From Octopus vulgaris (taxonomy: Eukaryota): a DNA stretch of 64,000 nt. Below the pieces are notes generated by a model. That model worked only from the letters and a program-made list of their open reading frames with translations. It was not told the origin of the DNA and ran no database searches. The stretch lies in assembly GCA_951406725.2 (NCBI GenBank), contig OX597815.1, positions 16,058,001 through 16,122,000 of the forward strand, given 5' to 3'. Shown here in pieces: positions 27,950 to 40,466 of the stretch. How positions within the stretch are numbered: the first letter of the stretch is position 1; each line of letters begins with the position of its first letter. The translations under genes and the position numbers were made by a program.

Positions 27950-29160
27950 CTAAGACAGAAACAATTAGGAGTGTGAGGTATAGGATTACAGAACCTAGGC
28001 AGTCATCAGAGGGTAACAACTTCAGCAATATGTAAAAAAATAGTTAGGGCATAAGGTATGGATATTATGGACTGGGATTCTATATATCAATGGATAAAAA
28101 GTATTTTTACAAATAACAGAATGTCTAACTGTTACTAAAGTGGGACCAAGTTATGGTTATCCATGGGTATAGAATTATTCAGTTGCATTGATCTAGGTTA
28201 AAAAGTTTATTAGTGAAGGTATAATAATTAAGTATTAGGCTAGGAATAGTTAGCATATAGGAACAATTTATATTTAAGGTGCTGGCATCTTATAATCAAT
28301 TCATCACATTGATTAACAATATTTGATTAATTTTCTCTTAATACCAAAAACCTCAGATACACAGAGTCCACACCAACCACTGTCACCTTTATGTGGTTGT
28401 GCATTACATATGATAGACCAAGCAGTTTTATATTTAATGTTATTAACAGTGGGAGAACGTATAAATTTAGCTAGAGATGTACTCTCTTTACTCTTTTACT
28501 TGTTTCAGTCATTTGACTGCGGCCATGCTGGAGCACCGCCTTTAATCGAGCAACTTGACCCCGGGACTTATTCTTTTGTAAGCCCAGTACTTATTCTATC
28601 GGTCTCTTTTGCCGAACCACTAAGTAACGGGGACGTAAACACACCAGCATCGGTTGTCAAGCAATGCTAGGGGGACAAACACAGACACACAAACATACAT
28701 GCACATATATATATATATACATATATACGACGGGCTTCTTTCAGTTTCCGTCTACCAAATCCACTCACAAGGCATTGGTCGGCCCGGGGCTATAGCAGAA
28801 GACACTTGCCCAAGGTGCCATACAGTGGGACTGAACCCAGAACCATGTGGTTGGTTAGCAAGCTACTTACCACACAGCCACTCCTGCGCCTATTAACCTT
28901 TTCTTTATATCTAAAAGTAGATTTGTGATTATTCCAGTGAAGTTTAAATGAGGAATGGGATGCACCAGTATAAACATATTCTTTACCAAGAGCAGTGATA
29001 GAGCACTTATACACTATATTTTTCTTAATGCACTGGTTATTAGTTGGACATGATGATTTATTACAGTGATTACATAGAGTAAGGTGAGTCTGATTATTGG
29101 TAGGTATGATTATTGGTGCTTCAGCTCCATTATCATTAACAGTTCTGTTATTGGAATTGG
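27950..29160 (-). mobile_element. Penelope-like element GIY-YIG endonuclease remnant and 3' region
   Basis: CNHCNKSSCPTNNQC..NIVYKC...YTG...FKLHWNNHKSTF, then TSLAKFI...WSII...CGLCVSE on the other side of the SINE. Confidence 0.8.
28482..28891 (-). mobile_element. SINE family A inserted in a PLE endonuclease ORF
   Basis: Reverse-complement copy. PLE coding remnants continue on both sides. Confidence 0.85.
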
Positions 29161-29435
29161 GTTCATCAATATGTTGATTATTCGCAGTAGACGTTGTATT
29201 TCAGTTATTTAGATAGCGAGGAGTGATAGTGTTAGATGGGCAGTCAGTGGTTGTAGTATAATTTGCTCAGTCTAATTTACCACATTTCATTTCACCTTGC
29301 TTTGTGGTATGCTGTGTTTTTTTAACATGATACATTTTTAAAGGGATTTCTCTTAGTTGAAATACAGTTTCTTACTACAGTAGCATTTACTGTACACACA
29401 CATACATAAAGTATATGATAATGATAATGTGTGTA

Positions 29436-29470
<35 letters not shown>

Positions 29471-29771
29471 TTAAATATACATTCGAATGAGGTCCTTGCT
29501 AGTGCCGCTGAACTGGCTCCTGTGCAGGTGGCACATAAAAAACACCATTTGGGCGTGGCCATTGCCAGTACTGCCTGACTGGCTCTCGTGCTGGTGGCAC
29601 GTAAAAGCACCCACTCCACTCTCGGAGTGGTTGGCATTTGGAAGGGCATCCAGCTGTATAAACTCTGCCATATCAGATTGGAGCCTGGTGCAGCCATCTG
29701 GTTCGCCAGTCCTCAGTCAAATTGTCCAACCCATGCGAGCATGGAAAGCGGACGTTAAATGATGATGATGA

Positions 29772-29815
<44 letters not shown>

Positions 29816-29817
<2 letters not shown>

Positions 29818-31251
29818 GAACAATACAAATTAGATGATACTTAGATACTTTTTTTCGAATGCAGAATTGTCATTAAAACTACAGAAATATGAGGTAGATT
29901 ACTCTTACAAAAGCGGAAAGATTTGTCAACAATCACCCATGGGATTCAAACCCATATCCCTCAAAGGTTCCAGCTGAGTTCTTTACCATTAAGCTAAACT
30001 GCCCACTGACAAATTTATCCATGATTTTAGATGCTAAATAGCTAAATGTACAACTACATGTATATATATAAACAAATTAACATTTATAAATATAAACAAA
30101 CATAAATTTGTCAATGGGCAGTTTAGCTTAATGTCCTTGGCCCCCTCTTGTTTGTGGCATACATTAACGACATAGATGCCAATTTAAAGAATGCCACAGT
30201 ATTGAAATATGCAGACGACATCAAGCTGTACCTTGAAATCAAGAGGACAGATCCTGATGTCTACAACTCTTTCCTGCAATCAGACCTAGACACAATGCAG
30301 CAATGGATCACAGACTGGCAACTGAAACTGGCTGTGGACAAGTGTACCACCATGCATTTTGGGAGAAAAAACCCTGCGTTCACATACTCCCTCCACAACA
30401 CTGATATCAAGAAATCCTCTTGCGAGCGTGACCTAGGCATCACTGTCAGCAGTGATTTGCGTTGGTCAAAGCATATCTCTAAGATTGTCAGGAAGGCCGA
30501 GGGTGTCTTGGCATCACTCAGCAGGTCTTTTGTTAGCCGCTCTCCAGCCATCTATTTAAAACTGTATACAGCTATGGTACGACCACACTTGGAATTCGCA
30601 TCATCAGTTTGGAACCCCTATCTTGCACAGAACATTGACCTCCTGGAATCTGTCCAGAGACGTGCAACCAAACGCATACCCTCCATCAGACACCTACCAT
30701 ATTCTGAGCGCCTTGTTTCCCTGGGCATGGATTCACTGAAGCTCCGGCGTTTGGCGACGGACTTGGTAAACACCCACAAAGTTATCAACCACCTCACCAA
30801 CAACAACACTGAACACCTTTTTGATCTCCATGTGTCTAACACACATGGACATGCCTACAAAGTCAGAAAACAATACAGCTCCCATGACTTTCGGAAACAT
30901 TTTTTCACGCTCAGAGTTGCTGAAGCATGGAATAAACTGCCTGCGTCAGTTGTTGACTGCCATGACACTGCATCTTTTAAGGCCATCATGCTTTCCGAAA
31001 TCCGCCGAAACTTCACCTGATTATATATACACTTTAGATGAGTTGTAGTGCACCTGAGCACTGTACACAATTATTATTATTATTATTATTAAAGCACTCA
31101 GCTGAAGTCTTTGAATGATATGGGTTTGAGTTCCATGGCAGTAGTCTGTTGACAAATTTTTCCACTTTGTAAAGGTAATCTACCTAGTATTGCTGCTGTT
31201 CTAACGGCAATTCTGCATTTGAAAAAATATCATCTAATTTGTATTGTTCAA
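29816..31251. mobile_element. Palindromic element with tRNA-like arms, interrupted by a CR1 LINE
   Basis: 29816-30017 is the reverse complement of 30103-30133 joined to 31090-31251. Confidence 0.8.
30133..31091 (+). mobile_element. 5'-truncated CR1-clade LINE with open RT C-terminal frame (about 295 aa) and (TTA)n tail
   Basis: VLGPLLF, KYADD, VRPHLEFASSVWNP, LESVQRRATK and FFTLRVAEAWNKLP. Confidence 0.92.
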
Positions 31252-31383
31252 TACACATTTCGATGCTTATAAAAAAATGTTAGTTTTGTTTATATTTATA
31301 CACATAGTTCAATACACATTTCAATGCTTCCTAAAAAAAATATTAGTTTGTTTATATTTATACATGTAGTTATATATATATAA

Positions 31384-31691
31384 GTGAAGGCGCAATGGCC
31401 CAGTGGTTATGGCTGCGGACTCACGGTTGTAGGATCGCGGCTTTGATTCCCAGACCGGGCATTGTGAGTGTTTATTGAGCGAAAACACCTAAAGCTCCAC
31501 CAGGCTCCAGCAGGGGTTGGTGGCGATCCCTGCTGTACTCTTTCGCCACAACTTTCTCTCACTCTTTCTTCTGTTGGCCTGCTTGCTTGCTTAGCCAGCG
31601 GGGTGGCGTCATTTGAGGACTAAAACAATGTGAAGTGCATTGTGACCAGCGATGTGTAGCAACATCTGATAGCCTGGTCAGTCACAGTGAT
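31384..31691 (+). mobile_element. SINE family B
   Basis: Same head. Its tail also occurs alone at about 60125-60235 (- strand). Confidence 0.8.
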
Positions 31692-32283
31692 ATATATATA
31701 TTATATATACTACACTCTCGGAGTGGTTGGCGTTAGGAAGGGCATCCAGCTGTAGAAACTTTGCCAGATGAGATTGGAGTCTGGTGCAGCCATCTGCTTT
31801 GCCAGACCTCAGTCAAATCGTCCAACCCATGCTAGCATGGAAAGCGGACGTTAAACGATGATGATGATGATGGTGGGAAAGGATCTTCAGATGCTGGCCT
31901 CACTGAGGAAATGACAAGTGACTGAGAGATGCGGCATATCAAACTAAGTAAAATCACTGTCTTCCCCACATGCAGACTTCTCCTTTCAGGTGCCAGTGCC
32001 ACATAAAAAGCATCCATGCAAGCACTGCATAAATGCACCCATTCCAGTGCTGTGTAAATGCACCCATTCCAGTGGCCAGCACCCTCTATTAAATGGTTGG
32101 CGCTGGGAAGGGCATCCAGCCATAGAAACCACGCCACAACAGACAATTGGGGTCTGGACAGCTCCCTGCTAGCCAGTTCCATGTTAAACCGTCCAACCCA
32201 TGTCAGCATGGAAAGCTGATATTAAACAATGGTGGTGATGATGATATATTTCTTGGTAGATATTGATACATATTGATATATAA

Positions 32284-32679
32284 CTAGCAGTATCGCTCGG
32301 CGTTGCTCGGGTTTGTAAGGGAAATAACTATATAAGCATTTTTAGAGATGTAAAATATAATAGCCATCTCAATATGGTTAACCACAAAGGGGGGGTGTTA
32401 CTGTAGCTTTTTACATTCTGAGATTTAATAATACATTTTTAGAGAGTTACTTCCCTTATATATGCCAAAAATGCATTAAAAATGGGAAAAATTGATGGTA
32501 AATATTTTTAAAAATCGTAGACTCATCGTAGACGTGCGCTAATACCCAGAAGGGCTCGATATGAATCACGACTATAAGATACCCGCTTTTGGTTAAACTG
32601 CACCGCAAAATGTGGGAGTAGTTAGGAATCTAAATCGTAGGAGACAGACAGCACACAACCTCACTTTTATATATAAAGA
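32284..32679 (-). mobile_element. Non-autonomous Helitron (same family as 11267)
   Basis: Same termini and internal sequence. Confidence 0.85.
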
Positions 32680-33046
32680 TATTACATAAAAATTCTCAAT
32701 TATTTAAACCATTTAAGTATAAAAGAAACAAACCGTTTTCTATATCTTCAGTACCCAAGCAACATGAGGTACCACAGCTTATGTGTGTGTAAATAGCCAA
32801 CAACTGGTGAAGGGTCGTTCTTTATGTTGTTTGTCTTGTTTTCCATTTGTGTCTTTTGTTGTTCGAAAAATAGTTCATGTTCCATGTACTTGTACTTCGG
32901 ATTTTTTTGTTATACACATTTCGTGACGTACTGTGCCCACATATGCATATATATATATATATATAGTATGTATAGATGTAAGTATGTACATATACGTATG
33001 TATATATGCACATATATATATATATATATATATATAATAAATATTA

Positions 33047-33300
33047 GGGAATAAATCCAAATTTACAGGGAAAAATCAGATTTAGGACTGAATCCAATTT
33101 TATAGTAAAATATTATATAATATTAATTAGAGACAAAACCACTATTATGCAAATCAAACAAAGAAAGACTTAATCCAATACATAAAAAATTTTATATAAA
33201 TTAAATAAAATTAAATTCGCCACTACAATTGTTTCGTGTCTCTTCTAAGGACATTCATCAGGTGGTATTCAGATCTTCTATTCAATTTTAAGTTATAATT
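33047..33300 (-). mobile_element. Putative PLE pLTR / retrozyme-like fragment carrying the hammerhead
   Basis: AT-rich non-coding unit embedded in (TA)n and containing the hammerhead at 33220-33265. Confidence 0.55.
33220..33265 (-). ncRNA. Minimal type I hammerhead ribozyme (PLE pLTR type)
   Basis: Minus strand reads CCAC CUGAUGA A UGUC-CUUAGAAGA-GACA C GAAA CAAUUG UA GUGG: stem I CCAC/GUGG, stem II UGUC/GACA, palindromic stem III, GUA cleavage triplet. Confidence 0.8.
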
Positions 33301-33857
33301 AATATTATATATATATATATATATGTATAGATGTAAGTATGTACATATACGTATGTATATATGCATATATATATATATATATATATATGTATAGATGTAA
33401 GTATGTATATATACGTATGTATATATGCATATATATATATATATATTATTTATATCATTATATGATTGAATGCCACACATCCTCTTCCAGGTAAGTTTTA
33501 TCTTAATAATTCTGATACGCACTCTATACGATCTTTTTACTCTTTTGTTTTTCTCTCTTCCTCTCTCTTATTCTTTTACCTCCTCTTCTCTCACTATTCT
33601 ATCCTATTACTCTGTCACTCTCTCTCCCTCTTTCCTCCTCCTTTGCTCACGTGACCATCAGCCATCTTTCTTTCTTCTCCTAACTTGTGTTTCTTTCTTT
33701 GTCTCCGCTGTATCTGGAACGAGGAAGACATGTTCTTGTCTGTCTCCTGTCCAAGCTTGATTTATATGTTCACCACCATAACCACGTTTAGGCTTATATA
33801 TATATATACATAAGTGCATGTATATGTTTGTATATATATTTACTTGTGTATTTATAG

Positions 33858-34004
33858 TGAACACCAGCTCTTCCAACAACAACCTAAAAGATGACCCACA
33901 ACAACGTTATGCAGAACTTGTTTCACAAAACCCTATTCAGCCCAAAAATGTGGTTTTCCCAGAGAATTTAGAGCCATGCAAGGATAATATGTCTGATAGT
34001 AATG
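33858..34004 (+). CDS. CCDC181: CCDC181-like gene, exon 3 (VNTSSSNNN...MSDSN)
   Basis: tttatAG acceptor, G|GTTTGT donor, phase 1/1, open frame. Confidence 0.7.
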
Positions 34005-34158
34005 GTTTGTATTTTCTTTTCTTATCTCATTACATTTTATTGGTTATAGGTGCAGAATTAAAGTTTAATTCCTTTAGAAGAGTTCATTCTAATGCAACCA
34101 TCTACACCATACCCCTAGTTCCCTTCTCACTTTTGTTTTGACTCCTACTAACAATAAT

Positions 34159-34553
34159 TAGCTAACCAACCACATGGTTCCGGGTTCAGTCCCACTGCGT
34201 GGCACCTTGGGCAAGTGTCTTCTGCTATAGCTCCGGGCCGACCAATGCCTTGTGAGTGGATTTGGTAGACGGAAACTGAAAGAAGCCTGTCGTATATATG
34301 TATATATATATATATATATGTGCATGTGTGTGTGTTTGTGTGTATGTGTTTGTCCCCGTAGCATTGCTTGACAACCGACGCTGGTGTGTTTACGTCCCCG
34401 TTACTTAGCGGTTCAGCAAAAGAGACCGATAGAATAAGTACTGGGCTTACAAAGAATAAGTCCCGGGGTCAATTTGCTCGCCTAAAGGCGATGCTCCAGC
34501 ATGGCCGCAGTCAAATGACTGAAACAAGTAAAAGAGTAAAAGAGTAAAGAGTA
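34159..34553 (+). mobile_element. SINE family A (5' truncated)
   Basis: Similar to 1801-2242. Confidence 0.85.
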
Positions 34554-35450
34554 AGACTTGATTTTACAAATCAAGTCTATTGTGATATTTGTTCTGTCCT
34601 GAATTATATATATACTCCCTTATCATTCTTGCCACCACAAATGCAGTGAGTCAGTGATTGGCATGTTGGAAAACTGTAACCAATGACAATGATGTTCAAT
34701 GATTGCCATATAAAACAATTAAAATAATTTATAAATAAATACTGGCACCAATATATAAACCATCCAACCTTATGTCATCATCATTTCACATCCACTTTTC
34801 CACACTTGCATGGATTAAGTGGAATTTGTTGAGTTAGATTTTCCACAGCTGGATGCCTTTCTTGTTAACCATCCTCACCTGTTTCCAAGTAAGTTAATAC
34901 ATCTTCATAGCAAGAGATATTTTTCATGGAAGACTAAAAGCAAACAATATCACTTCTTTGATGGTGTAGCAGAAGTGATTTATACTGTCATTATGTGTGA
35001 GATATTTTCGTTGTGAGTCATTTAGGCTTAAATACCAAGATATCAGCTCCACAGGCTTTTTCATTCTAGCAGATCACATGACCATGTGATTAGCCAAACT
35101 TGTTGTTTGTATTGGTCAGTTTCCAGCCATCCAATTGTATTCATTTTTACTTATGCTGGAAATTAATCACCAGTTCTGGGAGCCTCCTGATCTCTATAAG
35201 AACAGCAGTTCTCGACTGCGCTATGTCTTTGCCACATGCCACTGACCTCTCTGACAACAATGTATCTGACACAAGCCAGTCTCCAGTTTCATCTCCACCA
35301 TATGCCTGCCTACATTGTTGCTGTATGAACATCACACAACCAACAGACCAACGGCTACCTCTACACACACCCAAACAGTTTGTCAACTTTGTCTACAAGA
35401 TCAACCGTCCAGCCTGACCAAAAAGTCTCTCACACATCTTGGTTGTAACT

Positions 35451-35669
35451 CTCTTTTTACTCTTTTTACTCTTTTACTTGTTTCAGTCATTTGACTGCGG
35501 CCATGCTGGAGCACCGCCTTTAATCGAGCAACTCGACCCCGGGACTTATTCTTTTGCAAGCCCAGTACTTATTCTATCGGTCTCTTTTGCCGAACCGCTA
35601 AGTAACGGGGACATAAACACACCAGCATCGGTTGTCAAGCAATGCTAGGGGGACAAACACACACACGCA

Positions 35670-35701
<32 letters not shown>

Positions 35702-35851
35702 CGACGGGCTTCTTTCAGTTTCCGTCTACCAAATCCACTCACAAGGCTTTGGTTGGCCCGAGGCTATAGTAGAAGACACTTGCCCAAGGTGCCACGCAGT
35801 GGGACTGAACCCGGAACCATGTGGTTGGTAAACAAGCTACTTACCACACAG
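35451..35851 (-). mobile_element. SINE family A with 16-bp TSD
   Basis: TSD CATCTTGGTTGTAACT at 35435-35450 and 35852-35867. Confidence 0.9.
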
Positions 35852-36196
35852 CATCTTGGTTGTAACTTGTTATATTTATTTTCTTTCATGCATGGCAATC
35901 ATTGTATTTTATAATGGTAATACTCATTTACTACCATTATGTGATGTCAAGACATGGTTACACACAAACTCTCTCTCATACATGCATATATACAATAGGC
36001 TTCTTCCAGTTTCTATCTTACCAAATTCACTCACATTGCTTTGGTTGGCCTGGGAGTTTATTAGAAGAAACTTGCCTAAGATGTCACACAATGGGATTAA
36101 ACCTAAGATTACATGGTCGGAAAGCAAGCTATCTCAATCATACCTAATATGTCTATATTAAAAATGTATTATAGTTTTTTTTGTCTTGTTATTTAG

Positions 36197-36729
36197 ATCT
36201 TAAGGAACCTACAAAATGGGATTCCGATGACAAACAAGAGGAAAGGCTGGAAAATGACTATGATATGGTCATTGAACGAGATGGCCATTTTGATCTGGTT
36301 ACTCCAGATGATATGAATGCATTGGTAAGCAGAATGAAAAGACTGCCAGCCGATAGTCCAAGAAAACAGAAATCTACTAAAGACCAAAGACAACAGCTAG
36401 AACCACAAAGTCACCGTCCTCTGACAGCTAATTTGAATATTGAATTCCAGAGGAATTACCTTCAAAACCGTCCATTTTCAACTTGTGGTTCCTACAATTC
36501 TCCATATGCTTTAACTGCTGAGCAAAAGGAAGCTGTTCAGAAGCAGCTGCGTTTAGCCAAAGAAAGGATGAGAAAGGCTGTGAAAGAAGAGAAGGCAAGG
36601 GAAGAGGAAAAGCGGAAAATAAATAAGATCGCTTTTGAATGTTGGCTGAATCAAACCAAAGAGAGAGAAATGGCAGTTAAGAAACAGTGGAAACTTCAGG
36701 AAGAAATGGAAAGGAATAAGAGGGAAGAG
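36197..36729 (+). CDS. CCDC181: CCDC181-like gene, exon 4 (conserved core and coiled coil)
   Basis: atttAG acceptor and GAG|GTAAAC donor. Motifs MVIERDGHFDLV, SPYALTAEQKE and IAFECWLNQTKER resemble vertebrate CCDC181 motifs recalled as ERDGKFELL, YCLSPRQKE and FKAWLQKKRE. Confidence 0.9.
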
Positions 36730-36769
36730 GTAAACTGTTGTGTTCATGTGATATTTTTTTTTTTTTTTG

Positions 36770-36895
36770 TACTTGTTTCAGTCATTTGACTGCGGCCATG
36801 CTGGAGCACCGCCTTTAGTCGAGCAAATCGACCCCGGGACTTATTCTTTTTGTAAGCCCAGTACTTATTCTATCGGTCTCTTTTGCCGAACCGCT
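36770..36895 (-). mobile_element. SINE family A 3' fragment, 40 bp downstream of exon 4
   Basis: TACTTGTTTCAGTCATTTGACTGCGGCCATGCTGGAGCACC... tail. Confidence 0.8.
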
Positions 36896-37017
36896 AAAAT
36901 TATAAATTAGGGTATCTACGAGATACCACCATGCTGAAAATAGCAGCCATGATCTGACTTTAAAACCACCTATTTTCAGCATAGCAGTATCTCGTAGATA
37001 CCCTAATTTATTATTTT
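36896..37017. repeat. Foldback element, about 50-bp arms
   Basis: TAAATTAGGGTATCTACGAGATAC...GTATCTCGTAGATACCCTAATTTA. Confidence 0.85.
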
Positions 37018-37189
37018 AATAATTATTACCTTTGAAGGTTATTTTTTCCATGCTGACCACTTGATAAAATCGTTATTTTATTTTAAAATTAACGATCTTA
37101 TCCTTATTTATATAAATTTATATATATATATATATATATATATTCATAAGTAAACATTGAAGTGTCGAGTGAGTTGAAATACTTTTTGA

Positions 37190-37389
37190 AATGAAGAAAA
37201 TCTCAAATGCAGGAGAACAGGTGTGAAAACAGCTTTAGAAAATTGGTTAAAATACCCTTATAGATGGAAAGAATTTAATTCTCCGTAGAAGCTTCTGGTT
37301 ACCTTTTTTTCCATCTATAGGGGTATTTTACCTGATTTTCTAAAGCTGTTCTCACAGCTATTCTTTCTGTGCTCAAGATTTGATTCATT
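37190..37389. repeat. Foldback element, about 80-bp arms
   Basis: ACAGCTTTAGAAAAT...CTTATAGATGGAAA versus TTTCCATCTATAGG...ATTTTCTAAAGCTGT. Confidence 0.85.
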
Positions 37390-38169
37390 TGTGTGTGTGC
37401 ATGTGTGTGAGTGTGAGTGTGCGTGTGTGCGTACGCGTGTGTGTGTGTGTGTACATGCTGTTCATGTTTAAGGGTCAGGTTACTGTATTGTTTTTAGGGA
37501 GAGGATACTATATTTTCCTTTGATATATGTAGTATATGTGCTTTTGTGCTGTTGAAGGAAGCAGAATTGATATGACATCACTAGAATATGTTTCCGAGGT
37601 TCGTGAAATCAGTGCAGATTTTGAATGAGACATCTAGTTGCATTTGGTTGATGTTGGGTTGACATCACAGCCCTTTCCTTCCAGCTCATCTCACCCCAAA
37701 CGTTTAGGAAAGAGTGGAGTGGTATCATCCGCATAAGAATGGACATTGCTGGAAGTGACACCAAGTAGGCTTTTGATATACAAGAAGTGTGGTGAACAAA
37801 CTAAACTCTGTGGTAGACCTGTACATCCTACAATAGTGGAGCCACCGAGTAAACTGATGTGTATATATGTGTGTGAGTTTATGATGTGTCTGTGAAAGTA
37901 GGCTAGACAAAATAGAACTTTTATTTCCTAATACTGAGGGCTGATTCCACATCTTGGTGTCTTCTACACTGGCCATAAGTTGAACCCAACCTTATGACTG
38001 AAATTTTGTAAATGGAAATTGTGTGAAAACCCATCAAACCTATAAAAGAAGGCAACCTTGTCATACTGATTCTGCCTGAGGTTTACATTAAAAGTATGAG
38101 TCTGTAGAATACTCTACCACCTAGAATTTAATACCATTTGTAAGTATTCATTATCAAAATTATCTTAAA

Positions 38170-38551
38170 CTAGCAGTATCGCCTGGCATTGCTCGGGTTT
38201 GTTTTGACCCTTTAGAATTGGAATTTTTGAAAAGTAAAAATTTTGCATTATGTAGCTTGTTATTCTCTTTAAGTGAACATTTTTTCTGGTTGAAATACAC
38301 CGAAAAATGGCGACACAGCAGTCAAAAAATCGTAAAAAATAGGGATTTTCATAGAAAAAAAGCACCTTTTTGATGTAAATAATTTTTGGTGCTAACATGG
38401 TCCGATTTGAATTTGAAGGAAGAGCAAGCCTTCTTCTATCATACTCTCAATTTTGGTCAACTTGCGCCGTAGGGTCTCGGAGAAGATAGTGTTAGTTGAA
38501 GGCTACCAAACCTGCTATACACAGACAACTTCAGCTTTATATAGAGAGAGA
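38170..38551 (-). mobile_element. Non-autonomous Helitron with shared 3' end but different interior
   Basis: CTAGCAGTATCGCCTGGCATTGCTCGGGTTTGT at the left end; 5' TC at 38551-38550. Confidence 0.8.
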
Positions 38552-39817
38552 TAAGGAATATACTTACTATGTTAAATATGAAATATAGAAGAATATTTAA
38601 TTCAGTCTGAATGTACTTTTAAAAAGACAGGGTGGTCACAGCTAGAATGCTATTGATCGAAGGTTGGATAACTCAGGACTGATATGGTGCTGAAGATCAA
38701 TAATCACAACAACTAATTAGAAAGCCAATACATGTTGCTTGATCTCCTAGAAATAGCAGTCAAATAGTAATTCTGGTTTGAGAAAAAGTATCTCTTGACA
38801 TCCTTTTATGTTCTCTGTTCACAGCTCAGAGGAGTGAGTACCAATAAAATATGTACCAGTTGCTATTTTGCCCTAGGTCAGCCCTGATAAAACAGACTTA
38901 TGATCAAAAACTTTCCAGCTGTGACTACATTATTCAATGTCTACTTTTGTAAAACGGTAGATTGGGATTTGAAGAAAATTTGGCTGGTGTCTTTACAAGG
39001 TCAAGTGACCATGTAGAATCATTTTTGTTGGCTTAATATATACCCCTTCATTACAAATTTGTGATCTTTACAATTTCAAATCACTTGCGTCAACACTAGA
39101 AAGCAATAAAATTATAATTTGCTGGACTTTTAACCTTATTATTAGAGGTGATTAAAATATTGGTTTCAAATTTTGGCACAAGGCCAGCAATTTTGGGGGA
39201 GAGTTAAATCAATTACATCAACCCCAGTGTTCAACTGTTTCTTATTTTATTGACCCTGAAAGGATGAAAGGCAAAGTTGGTCCCATGGAATTTAAACTCA
39301 GATCGTAAATACAAACAAAACGCTGCTAAGCACTTTTTCCAGCATGCTAACAATTCTACCAGCTTGCTGCCAAAGTAATTAAAATATTGAAAAGTCTTTC
39401 ATTTCTAAAGATGAGTTAACATCTTTAGAAGAAATTATAACCTTTGAATAACTCAGTTCAGACTTTTAGACATTTAATCAACTACTGGTACACACTGGAA
39501 AACAAGGTTTCAAATTTCTACATGTGAAGCCATTGCAAGTTGTGTGTTGGTTATAGACAAAATACAGTTCTGGTGATTAGAAATTAAATACTGACTTCTT
39601 GATTGGATATCTGGTGATTATTCCTGACACAGTTACCAGTCTAGCTTCACAGTTCTACTCCCTAATGAACAAATACTTCTGAAAAGAACCTAATTTTCAC
39701 AAGTTATTGTACAAAAGAGAAGGAAGCGGGGATAGAGAAAGAGAGAAGAAAACAAACTGAAATTATAAAATAACAAAATCAGAGACACTAGATCCATATT
39801 CATGAAATATTTTCATG

Positions 39818-40207
39818 TAATAGATAACTTTGAGCACCTTTCCAAACTCCACCTGTCTAACACCCGTGGACATGTTTACAAAGTCAGAAAACAGCACAGC
39901 TCCCAATGACTTTCGGAAACATTTTTTCACGCTGAGAGTTGCTGAAGCATGGAACAATCTGCCGGCATCAGTTGTTAGTTGTCGGAGCACTGCATCCTTC
40001 AAAACTCCCATACTTCTTGAGATTCACCAACACTACACCTGATTTTCTCCCCTCCATATACACGCAAGCATGTATCTGACTCATACACGGTTCACTTCTC
40101 AGACATTTGTACATTACTGCATATGCTTTATACGCACTTTTGACAAGTTGTGGTGTACCTGAACACTGTATACAATAATTTCATTATTATTTTTTATTAT
40201 TTTTATA
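39818..40207 (+). mobile_element. CR1 3' fragment (related copies at about 5756-5937, 13600-13869, 16709-16924, 17956-18175 and 56725-56908)
   Basis: FRKHFFTLRVAEAWNNLP plus shared 3' end GTTGTGGTGCACCTGAGCACTGTATACAAT(ATT)n. Confidence 0.88.
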
Positions 40208-40466
40208 TGAATCACAGAAGATAAAATAGCAAGCCTCCTAAGTAAATCTCACTGAGATTACATTTAAGAGCAGAATATAAATGTTGTTTACCTTGTATGC
40301 CTTAGTTACCATTACCATATAAACAGTATTGTAGATTGTGCACAGTGCTGTAAGAAGAACTGACATAATATTGGTTGTAATAAAATTGTTTTAATCTTTT
40401 GTCATTGATATGTTTGGTATCAATCCTCTAAGAAGAATTGTGTTATTTTCACATTTTGAATTGCAG

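Noticed and set aside
31384-31460. tRNA-like sequences at SINE heads
   Set aside because: They are SINE promoters continuing into repeat bodies, not standalone tRNA genes.
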